The translations under genes were made by a program, and so were the position numbers. DNA of 63,696 nucleotides, counting the filler, from Phoronis australis (lineage: Eukaryota; Animalia; Phoronida): the NCBI GenBank assembly GCA_002633005.1. It is 11 parts of 11 records of this genome, joined end to end, with 100 filler letters (N's around TTAATTAATTAA, not from the genome) between each part and the next. Parts side by side here need not be neighbours in the genome. Positions count along the whole stretch, not along the records: positions 59,002 to 61,351 come from NMRA01003721.1; positions 61,452 to 63,696 come from NMRA01002186.1; 9 more parts are not named here. The stretch is one strand, 5' to 3'. Shown here one piece after another: positions 61,291-63,696 of this stretch (positions are counted from its first letter, which is position 1; each line of letters begins with the position of its first letter). The notes under the pieces were generated by a model, which had not been told where the DNA came from, ran no database searches, and saw nothing but the letters and a program-made list of their open reading frames with translations.

Positions 61291-63422
61291 CATATTGAGA
61301 CCTAAAATTAGCATTCGTCAAGACAGATAGATCTTTAAAACAACTGAGACTNNNNNNNNNNNNNNNNNNNNNNNNNNNNNNNNNNNNNNNNNNNNTTAAT
61401 TAATTAANNNNNNNNNNNNNNNNNNNNNNNNNNNNNNNNNNNNNNNNNNNNCATGGGACTTGCCAAAAGTGAGACAATTAACAACCCTGGTCTCTTCAGT
61501 AAGTCATGATGAATTAGGTACTCAGCTTCAAAGACATTAGCCCTGCAAGACCCAACAAAGATTCAGGAAGCAGACAGATCTTATCAGGTAACGATCTGAG
61601 AATCCCAGTTCTGTTACAGTCAGTTTATTTTTAACACAGCCAGTCACAACAACCTTCTTCAGGGAACTGACACTTCATCACACTAGTAGAAACATCAAAG
61701 GTTTATCTATATAGCATGCCTCCAGAGAGTGACAGGTGGAGCCATCATTTCTATGGCTTACACTCAGTAGAAAGCCACTACACTCCTCCACAAATCATCC
61801 AGACAATCTGTGACCACCAGTACAGACATAATTCACATCCCACGTCCAACAGTGTCATGTTACTGTAAGCTTAGTTTGTGTTTTAATGCATTTGTGGTCT
61901 AACCCATCCTGTTGATGCAGTCTAAACAAATTCATTTTTTCTTGGTTTCTGACACGACCCCAGAAATTAATTAGCTTTAAAAGCAAAACCTTAAAATCAA
62001 AATAAGCAATAACAAATCCACTCCACTTTCTGAGAATAATAAAGGAGCAGATGGACCCGGTTGTTTGCAGCATAATTAGCAATAGACCTTTTCCAGTGGC
62101 AACAAACAACAGTGAGTGGTAAGTGGCAACAACAGTGACTCATTAGCAGCAAGAGAAACAGTGAGTGGTTGATGCATTAATGTTCTGTTCTAGAGGTGTT
62201 TTCTTAGTCAATAACTTAACATCAACTTGGGGGGGGGGGGCAACAGCTGAAACTGAAGGATTAGGATACCCATTAATTTGGGAGTGAATTTGAAAAAGGG
62301 GAACAATTTATAGGGAGCTTCTGTGATAAAGTAGGGTATTGTTCTAAAGATATAACACTTTGTAGCGTTTAATTACAAAAACCCACCAATCACTCGGTAG
62401 GGAATTGTGTTAGAAAAAGCACCATTTCGTGGAGTAATTTTTCCAAAAAAGTGTCCTCCCTTAGAAACACCTGTCATGAAAAGTCACACCTCTGAGCAGC
62501 ACAGCCCGCAGTTCCTCTTTCATGGGAGTATCCCCGGGACCAGATAGACATTGTGATCTGATATTGATATGGTATACTGGTATGATAGACCACTATACCA
62601 TTACATAAATCTTTGACCATCATATTCTACCAGCAGGTCACTAACTACAGAGGCTACTTTGAACTGGATTAACCAGTGCAATAAAAATTTGCAGACCAAT
62701 TTACAAGCAGGGCTGTTTTTAATGACTGCTACAAAATGGTATCTTTGAGAACACATTAACAACTGAGTTGTTGACCATGAATGAACCAAATAAACCATGT
62801 TTCACGAAGCGATTCCCATGTCAACACCTTCATGAAACAACCAAATAATGAAAGAAATGGCAGAGAATAAAACAGCAGCCAAAAGTTTCTGTTACAACAG
62901 TTTCTCAAGACACATGTGGAAATAAACCCAGTGAATACTTACAGTTAAAAGGACATTTTCTGTTTTAAAGTTAAAAACATGTTTTTGGAATCGATGTTGG
63001 ATGGGGGGAAATTCCCGAAGTTATTAGCTTTGACCAGAGCTATAACAACAAAATCTGTCGTGTTTGTGACATTTTATTGCAAATCACCAATTCTCGCCAT
63101 TGTCTGCCAGACTATCAGTAAAATAAGGCCATTGACTTTACCAGCTAAACGAACTTGAAATACTCTGACATTTATTGAGTGAGGTTTAGCTTTGCCAGCT
63201 GAGCTTTAGACTGCGACCGCAGGTTGGAATCGGCGCTGAGGTTGACTACAGAAAATTACTATTTCCCATAGATAACCTCCCTTCAATGTTTGTATCGTGA
63301 GAAACGGTTGTCACTGAAAACTTAACATGTTTTATACCACGATATTAGCGCCAAATGGCAGATACAACCGTGTAATAACCCATAAAGTTATCTCACTAGT
63401 GAGATAACGATTTGGCAGGAAA

Positions 63423-63492
63423 CCGAGGAGGGGGTCGAACCCGGGACCCTAATATTGCTGGTCGCCGACTTTACCACTACACCACGCAGCGA
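63423..63492 (-). mobile_element. tRNA-derived SINE head or tRNA pseudogene
   Basis: Minus strand A-box TGGTGTAGTGGT and B-box GGTTCGACCCC, but the acceptor and anticodon stems do not pair. Confidence 0.55.
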
Positions 63493-63696
63493 CTGACGTC
63501 ATCAAGAGTGAAAATAGAATACTTAAATGAGCACGCGCAATAATCGCACGTTCAACAAACCGCATTGTACTGTGCTTATACGTTACGGAAAATAAGACAC
63601 ATAATTTCCATAAAAATGAAATCTTAATTCCGTGAAATTTTTCTCTCATGTCTTCTTACTTGTAAATCACCGATCTCTAGTTTGAATGCGGGTATC

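Noticed and set aside
62601-62798. Minus-strand ORF as a further CEP112 exon
   Set aside because: No similarity to CEP112 that I can recognise, weak splice signals, and it lies on a different stitched piece.
63423-63492. Functional tRNA gene
   Set aside because: A and B boxes are present but the cloverleaf stems do not pair; treated as a SINE head or pseudogene.

Overview
AT-rich, intron- and repeat-rich animal genomic DNA. The host is probably an invertebrate, inferred from the repeat landscape and divergent orthologues; the taxon cannot be fixed from sequence alone. The window is a concatenation of at least 11 pieces joined by an artificial 100-bp linker (44N-TTAATTAATTAA-44N), so adjacency across linkers is not reliable. 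Genes recovered by manual splicing: (1) eight + strand exons (1-9731) of a non-RD RIP-kinase-like protein with a Gln-rich 21-22-aa repeat linker and a C-terminal CARD (RIPK2-like architecture; the N-lobe lies upstream of the window); (2) exons of an unidentified Ser/Thr/Pro-rich protein (26840-28352); (3) an EF-hand exon on the - strand (about 41.3 kb); (4) the first two coding exons of GPS2; (5) four exons of cohesin subunit STAG1/2, two with in-frame tandemly duplicated splice sites; (6) one CEP112 exon on the - strand. Mobile DNA includes a decayed hAT (DUF4371/ZMYM1-like) transposase fused to a vertnin-like OTU domain, three DINE-1/Helentron-type elements with regularly spaced CTCF-like motifs, a Sola-like element, hAT- and Tc1/mariner-type MITEs, LINE and Penelope remnants, tRNA-derived SINE heads and minisatellites. 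No prokaryotic systems or CRISPR arrays were found.
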